Shown here: piece by piece, positions 32,993-35,488 of the stretch
How positions within the stretch are numbered: position 1 is the first letter of the stretch
How the letters are laid out: every line of letters starts with the position of its first letter
Source: an uncultured Desulfobacteraceae bacterium
Lineage (GTDB): Bacteria > Desulfobacterota > Desulfobacteria > Desulfobacterales > JAABSP01
DNA length: 35,488 bases
Assembly (NCBI GenBank): GCA_964396575.1
Contig: CAYNGG010000001.1
Coordinates: 1-35,488, forward strand
Direction of reading: 5' to 3'
The notes under the pieces: model-generated
Database searches by the model: none
The model's input: the letters and a program-made list of their open reading frames with translations, nothing else
Told to the model about the DNA's origin: nothing
Translations under genes and position numbers: made by a program

Positions 32993-33892
32993 TCAGCAGG
33001 GGTAGGGCGTCATGCTCTCGTACCCGTCTTCGGTGACCAGAACGGTTTGCTCGAACTGGGCCGACAAGGATGCGTCCCGGGTCACGGCGGTCCATTTGTC
33101 CGACAGGACCCGGAGCTCCTTTTTGCCCAGATTGATCATCGGCTCGATGGTGAAGACCATGCCGGGCACCAGGGGGATTCCTTCTCCTCGCCGGCCGTAA
33201 TGAGGCACCTGGGGCGGCTCGTGGAACTCGAACCCGACGCCGTGGCCCACGAACTCCCGGACCACCGAGCACCCAGACCCCTCGGCATACTGCTGAATAG
33301 CCCAGCCGATGTCGCCGATGGTGCTGCCGGGCCGGACCATCTCCATCCCCCGCCGGAGGCTGGTCCGGGCCGCCTCCACGATTCGGCGGGCATCCTCTCC
33401 CGGAGACCCCACAAAGAAGGTCTTGTTGGCGTCGGCGAAATAGCCGTTTAAGATCGAAGTGACATCGACGTTGACGATGTCCCCCGAGTCAAGGACCCGG
33501 TCACCGGGAATCCCGTGGCAGATCACTTCGTTGACCGAGACGCAGGTGCTTTTGGGAAAGCCGCGGTAATTGAGCGGCGCGGGAATGGCGCCGTTTTGGA
33601 CGGTGTGGTCGTGGACGATCCGATTGATGTCCTCGGTGGTCATGCCGATCCGGAGCGAGGTCTCCACCAGGTCGAGCGTCTCGATGACCAGGCGGCCGGC
33701 CCGCCGGATGCCCTCGACGTCCTGGGGCGTTTTCAGCCGGATTTTGTAACGGGTCCGATACAGCTCCGTCGGATCGGCCTGGGCCGGTATTCGCTTCTGC
33801 TTGGTCAGACAGCATTTCTTGTATTTCCGACCGCTGCCGCACGGACAGGGGTCGTTACGCCCCACCTTGACCTTCTGTTTGTCCAGATACAT
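32993..33892 (-). CDS. map: Type I methionine aminopeptidase with N-terminal SEC-C zinc-binding motif (299 aa from ATG 33892; alternative TTG at 33913)
   Basis: MetAP1 core with metal ligands in conserved blocks ([49 protein letters not shown]). The N-terminal [16 protein letters not shown] is a SecA-C-terminus-type (SEC-C) motif at about 33809-33862. GGAG lies 8 nt upstream of the ATG at 33892. Confidence 0.92.
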   Translation of the reverse strand: MYLDKQKVKVGRNDPCPCGSGRKYKKCCLTKQKRIPAQADPTELYRTRYKIRLKTPQDVEGIRRAGRLVIETLDLVETSLRIGMTTEDINRIVHDHTVQNGAIPAPLNYRGFPKSTCVSVNEVICHGIPGDRVLDSGDIVNVDVTSILNGYFADANKTFFVGSPGEDARRIVEAARTSLRRGMEMVRPGSTIGDIGWAIQQYAEGSGCSVVREFVGHGVGFEFHEPPQVPHYGRRGEGIPLVPGMVFTIEPMINLGKKELRVLSDKWTAVTRDASLSAQFEQTVLVTEDGYESMTPYPC

Positions 33893-33954
33893 CTCGTCTG
33901 CTCCGCCGGGCAACCGCGATACAAGCCGCCTCGAAACGCATTTTCAAATCACTT

Positions 33955-33983
33955 AAAATAGATATATTCAACTGGCATGTCAA
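33955..33983 (-). promoter_or_regulatory. Putative sigma70-type promoter for map (minus strand)
   Basis: On the minus strand: TTGACA (33983-33978), a 17-nt spacer, then TATTTT (33960-33955). It sits in the AT-richest patch of the 226-nt divergent spacer, about 45-65 nt upstream of the map start candidates. Motif match only. Confidence 0.5.
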
Positions 33984-34139
33984 GCGCCAAACGCCCGAAA
34001 CCTCCGGCTTCCGAGGAGGATATCTCTACCGAACGAATACCCCATCGACCCCATTGCCTCTTTGAACGGGTATGTGAAATAACCAAAAACAGGACGGTAA
34101 TGGAATGAAGACGCCAACATCAGACAATGAACGGGATAC

Positions 34140-35216
34140 ATGAGAGAGCTGAATGAGGATCGCGGGGCTGCCGGCATATATCCGCTACCATACGGGGAAG
34201 GGAAGCTGGCCGCCGCGCGGACATGGATGGATAGGATGCAAATCTACGCGAATCTGATGATCTTGGCGCTCCTCGGCGTTGCGTTGTCCGCTTATCTTTC
34301 CTTTCAGGAGGTGGACCGACACATCTCGTTCATTTCAATCGTCCTGTCTTATGTGGTGTTTCTGCTGGTGACCCATCTCCTGACCAAGCGGGAATTGGAG
34401 GCTGAGTTCGGGGAGCTGCTCGCCCGGGTCCGGAAAAAGTATCAGATCAAAATCGTCAAGCTCAAGCAGGAGCACGACACCAGTACCTTGGAGCGGACCA
34501 TCCGCGACGGAACCCGGACCCTGATTAAAAACGCGGTGGACTACTTCAAGATCGACAACATTAAAAACGAGATGGGGGCATCCGCCGCCATTCAGAACCT
34601 TCAGCTCGACAAATACGGCCAGATCATCGAGCTGCTGGCCGATTTCTCGCTCATCCTGCCCGACTACGAAGAGAACCAGCAGATCGTTCAGCAGGAGATC
34701 TACCACCAGATCGACATCTATGAAATCGACGAGCGTTCCTTTGCGGAATTCCTCAAGCGGATTCTCGAGAAGTACCGGGTTGCTTACCAGAAAAAGCTTC
34801 GGGAAAAGGAGGCCTTCGAGTCCCGCCGGGAGAGCCGGGTTTGCCCCCAATGCGCCGAAAAGGTTACGGGCAACCCCGAGGTCTGCATCCACTGCGGCCA
34901 TGCCTTTTCCACCCGGACGCCGGCCCGCGCGGCTGACGAGTCCCCCGAGGACATCCATTACATCCGGGAAGGCATTGCCTACTATCGGCAGCGGAATCTA
35001 AACGATGCCCTCCGGTCCTTTACCCGGGCCATCGACCTGAACCCCGCCGCCGACCAGGCCTTTTATAACCGCGGCATCATCTACATGAAAAAAGACGACC
35101 AGATTCCGGCCATCGATGACCTCAAGACGGCGGCCCGGCTGGGACACCCCCGGGCCCGCCGGGTCCTGGAATTCCTGAAGATGATGCGGACCCAGAGCGG
35201 CAATTGGACCCCCTAG
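34140..35216 (+). CDS. Hypothetical membrane protein: two TM helices, long helical/coiled-coil region, CxxC-x11-CxxC zinc ribbon and C-terminal TPR/Sel1-like repeats (358 aa; start uncertain)
   Basis: TM helices are IYANLMILALLGVALSAYLSF and ISFISIVLSYVVFLLVTHLL (about 34242-34382). The zinc ribbon CPQCAEKVTGNPEVCIHCGH lies at 34842-34901. The TPR-like region is AYYRQRNLNDALRSFTRAIDLNP...AFYNRGIIYMKKDD...AARLGHPRA. None of the start candidates (34140, or the internal MDRMQ Mets near 34227/34236) has a good RBS. Confidence 0.65.
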   Translation: MRELNEDRGAAGIYPLPYGEGKLAAARTWMDRMQIYANLMILALLGVALSAYLSFQEVDRHISFISIVLSYVVFLLVTHLLTKRELEAEFGELLARVRKKYQIKIVKLKQEHDTSTLERTIRDGTRTLIKNAVDYFKIDNIKNEMGASAAIQNLQLDKYGQIIELLADFSLILPDYEENQQIVQQEIYHQIDIYEIDERSFAEFLKRILEKYRVAYQKKLREKEAFESRRESRVCPQCAEKVTGNPEVCIHCGHAFSTRTPARAADESPEDIHYIREGIAYYRQRNLNDALRSFTRAIDLNPAADQAFYNRGIIYMKKDDQIPAIDDLKTAARLGHPRARRVLEFLKMMRTQSGNWTP

Positions 35217-35218
35217 CC

Positions 35219-35488
35219 TCAGTACCCCCCGCCGTTTCCCGAGCTTTTGTTCACATCTGATCGCTTGACAAAGGGCGGCGTCCGTCCCGCGTAGGATTCC
35301 AGCAGGATGAGCTCCTTGTCGGTATGGTTGATCATCGGGGCGGGGATGATCCGAGAGCCCCGGGCATTGGGGCCGAGGATGAATTTGCCCGCTTCATGGT
35401 GGCGGGTGGTCAGCGTGATGGCCGTTTTAACTCAGATCCCGGACCCCCGGACCCCGGCAATGGACGTGGCCGTCTCGATCGTGTGGGG
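35219..35488 (-). CDS. Partial ORF (5' end outside window) with in-frame TGA at 35432-35434: candidate selenoprotein, pseudogene, or two adjacent ORFs
   Basis: Manual minus-strand translation gives PHTIETATSIAGVRGSGI-TGA-VKTAITLTTRHHEAGKFILGPNARGSRIIPAPMINHTDKELILLESYAGRTPPFVKRSDVNKSSGNGGGY*. The same frame has a strong GC3 bias on both sides of the TGA. There is no ATG/GTG/TTG for 32 codons after the TGA. Confidence 0.35.

Noticed and set aside
33980-34177. A 65-aa minus-strand ORF in the divergent map / hypothetical-gene spacer.
   Set aside because: It has no Shine-Dalgarno motif. It overlaps the putative map promoter and the 5' end of the plus-strand gene, and its composition is unremarkable. 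It is most likely spurious.
35438-35457. An 8-nt tandem repeat (CCGGACCC, about 2.3 units) considered as a contingency or phase-variation tract.
   Set aside because: With only about two units, it is very short and GC-rich, so it is likely chance. Removing one unit by hand does not restore a longer ORF: it yields a nearby TAA. It is kept only as a caveat on the in-frame TGA finding.

Overview
About 30 kb of this 35.5-kb window is one uninterrupted plus-strand translation/transcription supercluster from a high-GC bacterium. Gene order and protein sequences look Desulfobacterota/deltaproteobacterial, but that is inference only. The order is: tRNA-Thr (3' end), tuf, rpmG, tRNA-Trp, secE, nusG, rplK-rplA-rplJ-rplL, rpoB-rpoC, rpsL-rpsG, a second tuf, the S10 operon (rpsJ to rpsQ), the spc operon (rplN to secY), infA-rpmJ, then the alpha operon (rpsM-rpsK-rpsD-rpoA-rplQ). 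A clear intrinsic terminator at about 30.06-30.10 kb closes the cluster. Several longest-ORF starts in the supplied track are too far upstream; I re-set them using RBS position and conserved N-termini. Two genes below the track's size cutoff were found by eye: rpmG and rpmJ. The last 5.3 kb is a small accessory stretch. It holds a variant (plant-type-like) dapB translationally coupled to an orphan family-5 ABC substrate-binding protein, and a minus-strand methionine aminopeptidase with an N-terminal SEC-C zinc motif followed by a 61-aa ORF. It also holds a 358-aa membrane/zinc-ribbon/TPR protein of unknown function, and a partial minus-strand ORF interrupted by an in-frame TGA. The main oddities are: (1) the two tuf genes are direct repeats with a 1,172-bp perfectly identical core; (2) fusA is missing between rpsG and tuf; (3) adk and map are missing between secY and infA, with map relocated; (4) the TGA-containing ORF at the window edge is either a candidate selenoprotein or a pseudogene. 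I see no CRISPR array, mobile element, defence-like module or convincing novel multi-gene system. The window is mostly ordinary core genome, and the findings are scored to reflect that.
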